From the human T2T-CHM13v2.0 reference genome, Homo sapiens, in NCBI RefSeq assembly GCF_009914755.1, contig NC_060930.1: a stretch of DNA of 64,000 nucleotides. One strand, given 5' to 3'. The notes below the pieces were generated by a model. That model saw nothing but the letters and a program-made list of their open reading frames with translations, was not told where the DNA came from and made no database searches. Numbering within the stretch: position 1 is the stretch's first letter; each line of letters begins with the position of its first letter. This document shows, one piece after another, positions 13,705-28,500 of this stretch. A program made the translations under genes and the position numbers.

Positions 13705-14964
13705 CTAAGACATCAGACTATGAAACTTTTACAAGAAAACACTAGGGAACATCTCTAGTACACTGGGCTGGACAAAAATTCCTGAGTAGTATCCCACAAG
13801 CATAGGCAACCAACGCAAAAATAGTCAAGAGGGATCACATCAAGTTAAAAAGCTTCTCCACAACAAAGGAAACAATCAACATAGTGAAACGACAAGTCAC
13901 ATAATGGGGGACAATATTTGCAAACTGCCTATCTGACAAGGGATTGATAACCAGAATATATAAAAAGATCAAACAAATTCATAGGACAAAATATAATAAT
14001 CTGATCAAAAAATGGGCAAAACATCTGAATAGATATTTCTCAAAAGAAGACAGAGAGACGGCAAACAGGCATGTGAAAATTTGCTCAACATCAAAGATCA
14101 TCATAGAAATGCAAATCACAGCTACAATGAGATATCATCTCACCCCACTTAGAAGGGCTTATATCCAAAAGACAGGCCATAACAAATGCTGGTAAAGATG
14201 TGGAGAAAAGGGAACCATTGTACACTGTTGCTGAGAACGTAAATTACTACAACCACTATGGAGAAGAGTTTGGAGGTTCCTCCAAAAACTAAAAGTAGAG
14301 CTACCATATGATCCAGCAACCCCACTGCTGGGTACATACCCAAAAGAAAGGAAATCAGCATATTGAAGAGATATCTGCACTCCCGTGTTTGTTGTGGCAC
14401 TGTTTACAATAGCCAAGATTTGGAAGCAACCTAAGTGTCCAGCTACAGAATGAATAAAGAAAATATGGTACATATACACAATGGAGTAATATTCAGCCAT
14501 AAAAAGAATGAGATCCTGTAATTTGCAACAACATGAATGGAACTGGGGTTCATTATGTTAAGTAAAATAAGCCAGGTACAGAAAGAAAAGCATTGCATGT
14601 TCTCACTTATTTGTGGGATCTGAAAATCAAAACAATTGAATTCATGGACACAGAGAGTAGAGGGATGGTTACCAGAGGCCAGGAAGGGTATTGGGGTGTG
14701 GGGTGGGAGATAGGTGGGGATGGATAATGGGTGGAAAAAAAATAGTTAGAAGGAATGAATAAGACCTACCATTTGATAGCACAACAGTGTGACTGTAGTT
14801 AATAATAACTTAATTGTACATTTTAAAATCACTAAAAGAGTATAATTGGATAGTTTGTAACACAAAGGATAAATGCTTGAGAGGATATGCCGTTCTCCAT
14901 GATATAATTATTATGAATTGCATGCCTGTATCATAACATTTCATGTACCCCATACATATATACA

Positions 14965-14968
<4 letters not shown>

Positions 14969-15002
<34 letters not shown>
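14969..15002. repeat. (GT)n microsatellite in L1 3'UTR
   Basis: About 17 GT units. Confidence 0.97.
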
Positions 15003-15004
<2 letters not shown>

Positions 15005-15679
15005 CTACTGTGTAGCCACAAAAATTAAAAACTAAAAAAAAATTGTTGGAGAGGATTTATGGTCTTCTTTCACTTCAGTACGTTATTTATTATGTCTGTT
15101 GAATCAAAATCATGTCTTCCCATTATTCTACCTTTAATATAATGTATTCTCAGCAAACTGGTCCTGTTACAAAGCTCATGCTGGTTCCATCTTTGTCCTT
15201 TTTGTTTTTTTAAAAAACACATCAACTTCCAGGAAGTATACAAGTGATAGAATCAATTCACTCAGCACTCCTCACATAGCAAAACATTTTTGCTCATTCC
15301 AGGAAGAGTGGGCAGCAGCTACTAGAAAGACTTTGCATGATGATGAAGGAATAAAGGCTCTACTCAGCAGCCCTGACACAGCTATTCCCAACCTCCCACT
15401 AAAGTACTCTCTGATATACAGAAGAAATAATAAGTAAAATGACAAGTTGTTTTTTTTTTTGGTGGGGGTGTGGGGAAGTATGATGATTCTCTATTCTCAC
15501 ATATCCATGGAAGAGCACTGGTAATGAAAGCAGCCCAGTTGGTTCAGCTTTTAGCAAAGAATAACTCTTGGGAGAGAAGTGGATATTGGCAGCAAAATAT
15601 AGAACATAATCAGATAAAGGAGGCACAACAAATATCTACTTTATAAATTTCTAGGATGTTAAATAGTTATGTCTATGTA

Positions 15680-15901
15680 TACAAGTTGGCTCTCCATAAC
15701 TTTGGGTTCCACACCTGTGATTAAATTAACAGTGGATTTGATCTGATCCCTCAAAACCTGAGCATACAGGACCTGTGGATATGGAGGACCAACTGTAAGG
15801 GACTTGAACATCAAGAGTTTTGATATTCTTGGGGGTTCTAGAATCAATCTTCCATGGATACTGGCTGTATATATACAGCCATCCCTCAGTACCACATGGA
15901 A

Positions 15902-15905
<4 letters not shown>
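15680..15905. mobile_element. Tigger-family (MER2/MER8-like) DNA transposon relic
   Basis: ggaggaccaactgtaagggacttgaacatc...ttttgatat...gggggttctagaatcaatc...ggatactg Tigger-end motifs. Confidence 0.6.
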
Positions 15906-15950
<45 letters not shown>

Positions 15951-16564
15951 CATATATATATACACATATACATATACACATACATAGACGTATATGTGTG
16001 TATGTATATACATATACACATATACATATATACACATACATATACATATACACATATACATATACATATATACACATACATATACATATACACAATACAT
16101 ATATAACATACATATGCCCATATACGCATATGTACATATGCGTATATGTACATATGTGTACATGTGTATCTGTACATGCACATGTGTATATCTACATGTG
16201 TATATACACGTGTATATGTACACACATGTGTGTATATATGTACATGTGTATATGCACGTATGTGTATATGTATATATACGTATATGTACATGTGTATACG
16301 CATATGTACATATACGTATATGTACACATGTATATATACACACTCATATATATCTTAATATATAAGTACATATTGTATATGTACATATGTGTATATGTAC
16401 ATATACACACACTCATATATATCTTATATATATCAATATATATACACACAGTCTATAGACATAGATATAAACACACATACACATAAACTATAAGGTACTG
16501 AGCATATATATATAATATAGTACTATAAACACACATACACATAAACTATAAGGTACTAAGCATA
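15906..16564. repeat. Compound (TG)n/(TA)n/(TACA)n alternating purine-pyrimidine low-complexity tract
   Basis: About 650 bp of TG, TA and CA dinucleotide arrays. It produces the spurious Y/I/H/C/M/V-rich ORFs in the track. Confidence 0.95.
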
Positions 16565-16737
16565 ACAATGGGCACAGAGTAGGTACTTGGCTCTCATCAG
16601 CTATTCATATTGTCATCATAATTCCTACTTCATCCATGACACTTTCCAACCTCACTAATCCTCCTGGTTAGAAGAGTGACTCTATCAATGGTGTAGGACC
16701 AAGGTGGTTTTTATGTTGTTTTGTTTTTAAATTTCCA

Positions 16738-16995
16738 ATCAGCCATGGAGCACTACTTTTGTCAAATACAATAAAAATGAATAATAAAGTGAAAAAAACT
16801 TGCAAAACACAAGCCCCAATTAGTTTTCACTATTAGATTTAATAGACATAAAACTGCTGTGTCAAATTGCTATAAAGGTTTCTAAATGCTTGTTCTCAAT
16901 TTCTGTCTTTGTTATTGGTTTAGAGAAATAATAACCAATAACAACTGTTTTGCAAATGAGCACAGGCCCACAGATTACATATTGAGTAGCCATGT
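16738..16995. mobile_element. Old hAT-Charlie-type DNA transposon relic
   Basis: Charlie-like internal motifs and ...gagtagc end. Family not resolved. Confidence 0.4.
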
Positions 16996-17084
16996 TCTAA
17001 CACTTCTTGTCTGTACCAAATATCAGAACTAGCATTGTTAGGGATAATCTATTTTATAGTAGTAGCTGACAGTTAAAACTGTAC

Positions 17085-17270
17085 CTCTACCTCTTACTCT
17101 TTGGGCAAGTTATCTAAACTATTTCGAGCACTAAGTCATGCAATTATAAAATTGAGATATTAATTAATTTACCAGGTTGTTGTTTGGATTGTGAGTATTA
17201 AATAATAAGATCTTTGTAGTTAGCACAGCACTGGGCACATAGTGAGCTGTCAATTGATGTTAAGTCTCCT
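17085..17270 (+). mobile_element. MIR SINE
   Basis: ttgggcaagttatctaa...ataaaattgagata...ggttgttg...attaaat...ttagcacagcactgggcacatagtgag. Confidence 0.7.
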
Positions 17271-18649
17271 TATTTTTATACTTTTGTACTTTCTCTACAA
17301 GTCTTTTGAGGCTAAGAATCCTATCACATTATTACTTGTATTCCCAGCATCTAAGGGAGTGTCCAACTGCCCAGGCTGCTCAGTTAATGATGATTATTTG
17401 TCATGAAGAAGCAGAAATATTAAGAAATATGAAAAAATATAAGCAATTCACCACACTGATGGAAAACATATAATAGCATTGCTCTATTCCAAATAATTCG
17501 TAAGTAATTAAAGCATTAACAAATAACACACATAGGTTATCATAGGTCTCAGCAAAAGTCAGTCTCATGAAGTAAAGGTCTTCAGCAATGTGTTACCCAG
17601 TTGGGTAGAAATAGGTAATATAATTAAATAGAAATGGGATGCACGTAGCTCTTCTTTTATTGAGGAGTTTTTACATAGATTGTCATACAACTCTCGTAAC
17701 AAACCTATAGGGTAGACATTGCCATTTTATAAATAAGGAAACTGAAATCAGAGAGATCACTTCGTTACTGGATGTCCAGTTAATATCCCTGCACATTTAA
17801 ATTTAAGACTGGTATCTCCAGAGTCTCTGATCCTTCTTTCTCTGTCAAGAATTCCTAGGCAACATGATCTAGCACAAACTTCCAGGGCTAAGCCCTCAGA
17901 GGGCTCAAGAAGTTATCACAGCTAGCAGAAGTAGAGGCCTCATGCCCTGAAAGGTTGGTTGGCTGAGTCCATCCATGATGCATGAATTGTCAATCTTCCT
18001 CCATGGTCTAGGCTTCCATACTTTTCTGTAATAACTTGGAATCACTAGAGTTAAATTATTTTATTCAGCAAGGGAGCCTATAAATTCAGCACTTAAATAC
18101 CTGTTCATGGTTTATCACACACATAAACTTACAGTATTTGATTTCCATTTCATATGAGTTGTGAAATATTTGATCCAAAGTTAAAAAATATGTCTTATGG
18201 CTTATAACTAAAGCTTTACAAACTCAGAAAATCAGCAAACATGCATGTATTAAGTTCCTACTACACACACATCAGGCCAAAGGCAGTGTCTTGCTTTCCA
18301 TCTCGATGACATAACAATTCCATTGAGTTAGTTTGTAATGAAAGTTTGTAGGATGTAGGTGTCCCCTTCACTGCAAATGCATCTACCAATGGGCTTCTAA
18401 TATATTTCAGAAAACAGTGTAAATGTTATTTCACTAGAATTACCATAAGGAAATGCATCTCTCATCTTCTGTGCAATCATCCTGCTCTGCTCCATTGTCT
18501 CTTTCAATCCCTCCTCCACCCCAGCCCAGGAGATGCAGTAACTGTCTTTTCCTCCAAATGGGCTTGCTCCACTTTAGAGAGTCTTATTAGCATCTACGAC
18601 TTTTTGATTCAGCTTGAGGTGCCACAGACATGCCTTTGAAAATCTGAGG

Positions 18650-19130
18650 ATACTCTATCAAAGAAGGTTTAGCAGTCAGGGTCCCAGAAAGTAACCAAGG
18701 GTGCAGTCAAACTTAGAGTGTTTAGAAATGGGTTGTTTAAAAACGGTGTTGGCAAATGTTGAGAAACCCCAGGGACAGTGCAGCACCCTGGGATTAGGTG
18801 ATAAGCAGTAGGTGATACTACCCTTCTGAGGCATACAGGCACAAGGAGAGAAAGTAGTTAACAGAATCTAGTGACAGAGAGGGATGGGTGGAGAGTGGTC
18901 TTCCCACCAAAGCTGTGAATATAGGTAGGTCAAGAGAAGCCATCAGCTTAGGTGACTGTGCAGGAAACAAATATTCCCAGCCACTCCATCCTCCCTTTCA
19001 TCTCCTGTCAGTGCTTGCTATGGGTCCAACCAATTGATGTAACCATTATAGATCAGTCTCCTGGGACAGAGGAGGAAAGGGAGAGAAGGTAATATTCTGC
19101 AGGGGCAAATGGTGGATATCCAGCCAGGAG
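18650..19130. mobile_element. Old ERVL-class LTR (LTR33/LTR41-like)
   Basis: tcagggtccc...gaaaccccagggacagtgcagcaccctggg...gaggggcaaatgg-like motifs. Subfamily uncertain. Confidence 0.45.
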
Positions 19131-20919
19131 GACTGTCCTGTTGGACCATTTTCCCTCAGGTTCTGTGTACTGATTGCTTGATGATAAAATATAATGAGAG
19201 AGATTTCAAGCTTACTGTATGTTGCTAAGTGTAATATCCAGACCTAAAATAAGAAGGAAATGAAACTCAGATCTACCTCAAGTTGTGTAACAATTCCGTT
19301 GCATTTTAGCACTATTAAGACAAGTATTTCATGTCACTCGATATATAAAAACAAGATTGTTTTCAGCGTTTAAAACATTCTTGATGAGGAAATGAACCCC
19401 AACATCCTCCAGAAAAGAGCTACCCCTACTTATGAGACAAACTTACACAACTTTTTTACATTTCCAAAACTGATCGTGTTTTCTGTGGCTTGTTTGTATA
19501 ACACTGAATTTACTTCTGGCTGTTCATTTATACACAATCAGCACAGCCAGCAGTGCTCTGTTGATTGCAAGTTAGTGTTTCAGGGTTTTAACAGGTAGGC
19601 AAAATCAATTCAACATGAGTAATCTTTCTCTTAATGCATCCTCTTCATTTAGTTTGGGTCTGCATTCTTAACTTTAACCAGTCACATAAAAAGTTAGTAA
19701 GAACACTCTTCATTTCCAGCAGCTTCCTCACTACAAAACTCCCTGTTAAAGCAGAATGGATGTTGGAAATCGCTGGAACTCTTTAATTACCATGTTGATA
19801 CAACTGTGGAGCAGATGGAATTAAAAAATGTTTCTTTAATTCCGTAATTGATGGGGGAAAAGGCTGCCTTCATAGTTGCCAGGTATATAGATGTTATAAA
19901 CAGGATACGGTTTATTAGAAATTCCTTCTTAGTTTTTGTAAATTGGATGTTGTCAGCAATCTTCGCTCTCATCATTAATTGGGCTAATATTTTAAAAAGG
20001 ATTTTTTGGTATATACAACAGTCCATGGTTGGTATCAGAGACAGATTATTTACTGACTGACTGGTAGTCTGCTTTCTATATGGATATCTCAGTTTGGGAA
20101 GAAAACTAAAATCCACTCTTTAAGCTCTTCTTTGGAAGCACACTTTTACGAAAGACTTGGCAAGGCAGGGACCATCATCTGCTCCCGGTTTAGTGCAGTT
20201 CAGCATGAAACCCTGCACTGCCCTCCCCGGATGCTGATTAGTACTAAGAGCAAGATTGGGCTGATTATTTCACTTGGATGAATTTATGAAATGATGAGTA
20301 AGAAACAATATAGATAAATGAGTTCATACATTTTATTTTGTGTTATATTTAAAAAGTATTTGCAAAGATAAATTAGGTAATCTAGCTTTAAGTAAACTGA
20401 AACTTTTGTTTAAACTTTTGTTTAACTGTCCAACATTAATCCTAGCAACTTGATAAAGGTAGAACACCAACTACACCCCAGCAATTTTGCTTCTGATAAA
20501 AATGAGACCCTGACTTGTAAGTTGCATCTGAACTAGGGAGAATTGTAAATAAATTATAAGTACCTTCACTTTTGTAACTGGGCATACGTCTCATGGAGAC
20601 CCTGAAAACTGTGTCTATTCAACTGTTCCAAGAGATACTGGCTTCTGTGGGAGGCTGGGTGCCTCCCCCATCCCTACCTCTACCCTGTCTGATGTGGATC
20701 TCACATTCTTGCACCTGAGATGTGTCACCTAGAGAAAAGAGCTCTTGAACTGCCTAGTGGGCTGTCACTGGCACGGACTGCTGCATGGAACAATAGAGAG
20801 AAACAACTGATGTTGCCCCCAGGGTTCTCATCCTTTATCCTTCTAAGCAGACTGAGAGTCTTCTGAGTCTGAATGGTTAGTAGAGCCTAAGAAAACTCCC
20901 TGGAGGGCACTGCACATCT

Positions 20920-22780
20920 ATAAAATGGAGAACTGTGCATCTGTCAAAAAAATGAGAAAGATCTCTATAAACTGATACCGAGTAATTTTCAGCATATGTG
21001 TTAAATGAGAAATGAAAAAGAAAACAATGTATTCATTTGTGTATGTGTATAAAAAAGAAAAGTTTTTGTGTGTGTATACACATACATACACATTCATACA
21101 TACCTGCATACACATTTGCTTACTTTTACAAAACAATGACACATAGGGGACAAACCGATGGTAATAATGCTTATTTACAGTAGGCGGGTGGGAATACAGT
21201 AGTGGAAATAGGGACAGTTAGAAGTCAGATTTCTTAGAGTGTAACTTTTTACAGAACTTTGACTTTTGAGCTATGTATTTAATGCTCAAAATTTTTTAAT
21301 TCTAAAACTGAATACAAACACAAATAAACCTTAATATATGCTAAATTGTTAATATAACTATACATGGAAGAATCCATTTAGGCAAATTTTAAACATTACA
21401 CGCTGTATATCCTTGGTTGGATATAAACAAGGAAATCTTAATTTCACCTGGTAGGATTCTGTTGGTAGTGACACTGTTATTGTCATTATGAAACTATTAT
21501 ATACAATATAATAACAAAAATATATAAAAATATAAGTAAATGGAATATTCTTATGAACCAATATTATCAACATAAGAGAAAAGAGAAATACAGAAGTTAA
21601 GAAAAACTGTAATATTGCAACTGAATTAGAATTATTCACAGGACCCTGTGATTTTTAAAATGTATTTCCTTGCTCTTTCCACTGGAAAGTCTCAGAAGCA
21701 ATGATACGGCAGTAGCGATGAACATATATAGAGTATCTGGATCCCGGGTTCTAAATACCATTCCCCACAAAAAGGAACCAGAGCTGGATGGAGAAATAGT
21801 GATTCAAGGTCTGACACAGAAAAATCCTAAGATGAGCCAAGGGCATCTTGTGCCAGACAGTAGAGAAATGCTTAAAGACCAATGGGTTCACATAAACAGA
21901 AACAGAAGTCAGTTTGAAGAGGCTCCTGGCCAAAGTCAGAGTAATTTAAGCATCTAACAAATAATATATGCAATAGATTTTACTAGACTGAATAAATACA
22001 AATTCATGTCCATAGTAACACTAAATAGGGGAATACAAGGCTTCGTCTTACAGAAAAGTGCGAGCTAATGATAGAATGAAAAAACATCATTTTTCACCAA
22101 TAAAATAATTGATTTACTCAATGATTACCAATGGATTCTGAAACTGTAACATGAGAGACTGAGAACAAAACCTTTGTATGGGGCCCAAATATCACATATT
22201 CTGCACTAGTTATAAGGGAAAAAAATGTACTTTCATCATGAAGCAATGTTTTAGTGACCACTTTTAGAAAACATCACTAATGAGGGACCACCTGACATTG
22301 TGTGCCTCATAACTGATGCAACAGGAGATACTCACTCATCTACTAGTCTTCCCACAAAGTATTTAACTTGAATATCACCAAATTTCTAGACCTAATTTTC
22401 AAGTTACAGAAACAAAAAAGACAAAGGAAGAAGTTGAATGATATTAAGAAGAAACAATAAGACATATCAAACATGGGAATTTCTAAAATACAGTTCTCTT
22501 GGGCTCCTTGCAAAATCAGTGCTGTGTAGGGGAAAAATACAGGGAGATTGTTCTAGGTGAGTTTGGATTAGATCCTGCATGGGGAAAAAAATAGCTGTAT
22601 ATAATAGTTGGGACAATTGGGGAAACTCTGGATATTAGATGAGACTATAGAATTATTGCTAATTTGACTAGCTGTGATAATGGTACTGTGATTAAGTAGG
22701 AGATGGCCTTTATTCTTTGATAATATATACTGAAGTAGTTCAGCAGTAGTTTTATGACATCTGTGGCCTTTTAAATGGTA
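20920..22780 (+). mobile_element. Old L1M (L1MC-like) 3' region fragments
   Basis: L1MC 3'UTR-like motifs, e.g. ggacaattggggaaactctggatattagatga...tgtgataatggtactgtg. Boundaries approximate. Confidence 0.55.
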
Positions 22781-22969
22781 TATCTTTCTGTAGGTTTTAA
22801 AATGTCATTATTAGAAAGTCGGGGCAAAAAATAAAAGGAAGAAAATTATCATTGACAACAAAACTAAATTGTGGTATATCTTTCTGTATGTTTTAAAATT
22901 TCATAATGAGAAAGTTGGGGCAAAAAAGTAAAAGGAAGAAAATTATCATTGACAACAAAACTAAATTGT
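22776..22969. repeat. 96-bp direct tandem duplication
   Basis: Two copies starting at 22776 and 22872 (tggtatatctttctgta...caaaactaaattgt). Confidence 0.95.
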
Positions 22970-23100
22970 AGCTACTTAGAATTATGATGAAATTAAATTT
23001 ATTAATTTTTTTCTCTCATGGCTTATGCTTTTTGTCTTCCAAGACATACTGACCATATATCTGTGAGTTTATATTTGGAGTCTCTAATGTGAGCAAATGA

Positions 23101-23407
<307 letters not shown>

Positions 23408-24321
23408 GACTTACACTATCTTTATAGGAAATTTATCATCAGCTTTTGTAAGCCTCTCTACTTTGTGCTTCTATTTCAAAATTGTTTTGGATAGTCTGGA
23501 TGCTTTGCATTTCTGTATACATTTATAGAATCACTTTGTCAATTTCTACAAAAAACCTTTTGGGATCTTCATTGAGGTTGAATTAGATTAACTAGGGGAA
23601 ATTAAAGGTCCTAAAAATATTAACTCTACTGGTCCATGAACATGGTATCTCTTCATATATTTATATCTTTTTAAATTTCTCAGTGCTGTTTTATTGTTTT
23701 TTCAGAGTTTAGGTCTTGCACATTTTTTCCTTTTAAAAATATTTTATTACTTATAAAATACAATAGGGTTTATAATGACACATAAGAAACAATATAAACT
23801 TACAAATTGCTTTTAAAAGTTGGTGTCATAATTTTATATAGTAAAATAATACTTTATTAATGTGATATATTGAGTAATCATAAAACTTTCTGGCTCACTT
23901 TTCTATAAATTAATGAGGTTAACAAAATTTATACTTTTAGCAACTTTATTTTCAATCATATAAATGAAAACAATGTCAGGCGCTTTTGGTAAATGGCATT
24001 ACATACTGTAAAAAGATTTATCTATATATATTTCAGATTTTAAGTAATATTATAAATGGTATCATTTAGTTCCAATTTCTAGTCATTCATTGCCAGCATA
24101 CAGAAATACAGTAGGCTTTGGCATCTTAATTTTGTATCCTGACTAAATTTACATCTTAACTCTAGTAGTTAAGAAAAAAAAAATCCTCAGGATATCCTAC
24201 AAAAACCATGTCTTCTATAAATAAAGGCAGCTTTTCTTCTTCCTTTTCTATCTGTATTTCTTTTTCTCACCTTATTACACTGGTTAGAGTATCTAAAACA
24301 ATGTTGAAAAGAAGTGATAAA

Positions 24322-24616
24322 TTTTTTTTTTTTTTGAGATAGAGTCTTGCTCTGTCACCCAGGCTGGAGTGCAGTGGTCCAATGTGGCTCACTGCAATCT
24401 CTGCCTGCCGGGTTCAAGCAATTCTCCTGCCTCAGCCTCCTGAGTAGCTGGGACTACAGGCATGTGACACCACATCTGGCTAATCTTTGTATTTTTAGCA
24501 GAGATGAGGTTTCACCATGTTGTCCAGGCTGGTCTTGAACTCCTGACCTCAGGTGATCTGCCCGCTTCTGCCTCCCAAAATGCTAGGATTACAGGTATGA
24601 GCCGCAGCGCCTGGCC
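24322..24616 (-). mobile_element. AluS
   Basis: Reverse Alu dimer with T-tail. Confidence 0.93.
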
Positions 24617-25219
24617 AACATTCTTGGTTTGTTCTTAATCATAATAAAAAGGAAGCAGATTTCACCACTGTTGTGGTGTTTGCTATTGATTTGTCATAAA
24701 TGCTAACAGATTGTGGGAATTCTATTTCTACTTTGCTAATTTCTTTTTAATCACAAATTAATGTTGAATTTTGTAATTTCTTAAATATGTACTGATGTGA
24801 TCATATGGCTTTCTTTTTTATTTCACTAATACAAGAAATTCTATTAACTGACTTTGAAGTATCAAATCAAACTCATAATCCTGGAATAAACCTCAGTTTG
24901 TTATGATCTCTTATCTTTTCTATATATTGCTGGATATGAATAGCTAATATATTTTAAAGGTTTTTTGTATCTATCAATATAAAGGATATTGATCTGTAGG
25001 TTTTTTTAATTTAATGTTCATACAAGGGCAGTGATGGTCTCATTAAATGAATTGAGAAGTGTTCCTCCTTTTATTTTTTGAAATACTTTGTGAAGATTCA
25101 TATTAATTCTTTAAATATTTGAGATAATTAACCAGTTATTTGGACCTTATTTGGGGAGAAGTTTTAAAGTTTTGGATTCCAAACTTAATAGTTATAGAGA
25201 CATTTAGATTTTTCTGTTT

Positions 25220-25518
<299 letters not shown>

Positions 25519-28500
25519 TCTGTTTCTCATTTTGATGTCTTTCAAGAAATTTATGTAAGCTGTTCATCATTGGCATAAAGTTGCTGATAGCATTTCTTTA
25601 TTCTTTCAATAATTATAAGATTTATCGCGCTACCCTCCTCTTTTTTTCATTCTTGATATTGGTAATTTCTGTTCCCTCCCCTTCAGTCTCATTAGAGGTT
25701 TATCAGTTTTATTATTATTACAGTTAACCATCTTTTATCAATAATCTCTATTGTTTGCTGGATTTTTATGACTTCTAATCTAAAATCATTATGATTATCA
25801 ATATTGTATTAATTTTATCAATTCTGTTTGCCTGATTTTCATGATTTCTGCCTTAAATCATTATTTCATTCTAATTTTGAACTAAAATTTCTCTTATTAT
25901 TTTAGCTTATTTTTTTGAAATTGTAGGTAATTGAGTTCTTTCTTCCTTACTAACATAAGAAGCATTGAATGCTGTAAAAAGCATTGAATGCTGTAAAATG
26001 TCACCTAAGCACTACTTTAGCTGCATTATAAAAATTGTTATTTTCATTCAGTTCAAAACATTTTCTCATTTCTCCTGTTTTTTTTTTAATCCATGATTTA
26101 TTTGGAAAGGTGTAGTTTGACTACTATTTGTTGTATTTTTCAGATATCTTTCTCTTGTTAATTTCTAATTTAATTCCATTTTGGAATAAATATACTGTGT
26201 ATATTTAAAATTTTACCTTAAATTTAGATTTTTTTAAATTTAAGAATAATTGGTTAATGGCTCAGCATCTATTGTGATATATATTTATGTGTACTTGAAA
26301 AGGATGTATACTCTGCTGCATTTGGATGCAGTGTTTTATAAATTTCAATTAGATTGGCTGACAGTGCTATTCACTCTTCTTTATCCTTTCTCTAGCCTTT
26401 CTACTTGTTCTACCAATTATTCGGAAAGGAATGTTAAAATCTCCAATTATTATTGTCAATTTTTCTGTTTCTCCTGTCAGTTCTGTTAGTTTCCTTTTTG
26501 GATACCTTGAAGTCCTCTTATTGTTTACATGCACATTTATCATTGTTATGTCTTCTTGATTAAATGTCCTCTTTTTGGCTGTATTCTTTATTCTGAACTC
26601 CAGGTCTCTGATATTCATATGTTCTTCCAGATTTCTTATGGTTACTGACTTGGCAGTATATCTTTGTTTATCCTTTTAATCTTTGCCTACTTGTACCTTA
26701 TATTTTAAGTGAGTATTTTTGTAGATCATGTATATGGTTGGGTCTTGATAATGTCTAGCTTCTAAGTGAAACGTTTAGACCGTTTGCATTTAAAGTGATT
26801 ACTTATACGGTTGGTTTTAGTCTACCACCTTGCCATTTATTTTCTATTTGCCTCATCTCCTTCTTTTTTTCCCCTCTTTTTTCTTTCTTGAGCATACTTT
26901 GATTTTACATGCCCCCAGTTCCCTGTGCTATTATTGTTTTACACGGTATTTTTACATGTTATTAATCCTACAATACATGTTACTCTTTTTGTTTTAACCA
27001 ATCAAGAAATATTTAAGGAAAAAAAGAAAAGGAAAGAAAGTATTTCATGTTTACCCACATTTTCCATTTAAGACAGACTTCACTGCTTTGTGCAGATCTG
27101 TTTCTACATGGTATTACTTACTTTGTGGCTGAATAACTTTAATACTTCTTGCATTACAGTTCTGTTTGACACATATTTTCTCAGTTATTGATGACTGGAT
27201 AAAGCTTTTATTTAGGCTTCAATCTTGAACGATAGATTGGGGAGAATATAAAGATTCCTGGTTGTTTCTTTCAGCACTTTAAAATGTCATTCCATTATCT
27301 TCTGGCTTGCATAGTGTTTGGGAGAAGTTTGTAGTCATACTTACTTTTGTTTCTCCATACACTGTGCATGTATCTGGTTTCTGGCTCTTTTTAAGACTGC
27401 TGTTTATTACTGGCTTTTACTAATAGTGTATATTGGCGTGGTTTATCTTGCTTGGAGTTTATTGAACTCTTTGGAACTGTGACTTTACAGAATTCATCAA
27501 ATTTGGAAAACTGTTGGCTATTAGTTCTTCAAATAAATTTTGTGCACTGCTCCCTTCCAAATTCTGGAAGTTCAATTACATATATGTTACACAGCTTGAC
27601 ACGGAGGCTGTGTCAATTTTCATTTCAGTATTTTTTTTCCTCTCTGTGTCTTAAGCTGGATAAATTCTATCACTAAATCTTCAATTATCACTAAATCTTC
27701 CATTTTTTCCACAATCTAATCTTTTGTTAAGCCCATCCAATGGTTTTATTTGAATTTTTACCTATGAGTTTTACTTTGTAATTTTTTTATATCTGCCATT
27801 TTCCTTCTCATCATGTTCATGTTTTCATTTAAATTCCTAAACATTGTTATAACTGCTATGCTATTTATATACTAGTTCCATATCTACATTCTTTTAAAAT
27901 TCTGTTTCTCTTGGATGATATTTCTCCTGGCTAAGAATCATATTTTACTGTGTTTTTGCATCTCTAGTAATCTTTCACTGGATACTATGTTAATTTTACA
28001 TCATTAGATACAAAAATTTTGTTCTCATCTTTTAATGGAAGTTAGACTTAGTCCTGACAGGCCATTAATCATACCAATCAAGGCCTATATTTAAGCTTTA
28101 CTGCATGAGTCTAGAGTAGCCATCATTCCAGGGCCAGTGCAGTCCTACCAGCAGGCCTGACCCCACCAGAGTCCATATTAAATGCTCCAGGTGATTACTT
28201 TGGACTCTGTGTCCATTCTGGCTGGAGTCTGAATGGCTTTCTGCCTACTGTAAGACCTGGGAATCTTTTGGTTTACAGCTCTTCTCCTTTTTAGCTTGGC
28301 TTTGTAGAATTTCACTTTTACATTCATGGCCTAGTACTCCGGAAAGACTCAAAAAGACCGTAGGCAGATTTCTGAAGTTCTTTATCTGAAAAGTTCCCTC
28401 CTCTGAAACTCTCCCCTACAAATTATTGTCACCATCTTCTCCAAGATAAGATTGTATCTCTAATTAAATGTTTATCTGAATTGCAATGGTGAGAAAACAT

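Noticed and set aside
15659-16486. Long ORFs (up to 222 aa) on both strands
   Set aside because: They are translations of the TA/TG/CA low-complexity tract, which lacks stop codons by composition.
19787-20116. Processed pseudogene or coding exon in the unique block
   Set aside because: No recognisable protein similarity, polyA tail or TSD.
22776-22969. CRISPR-like or other prokaryotic repeat array
   Set aside because: Only two adjacent copies with no spacers, in primate DNA. No prokaryotic system is present anywhere in the window.
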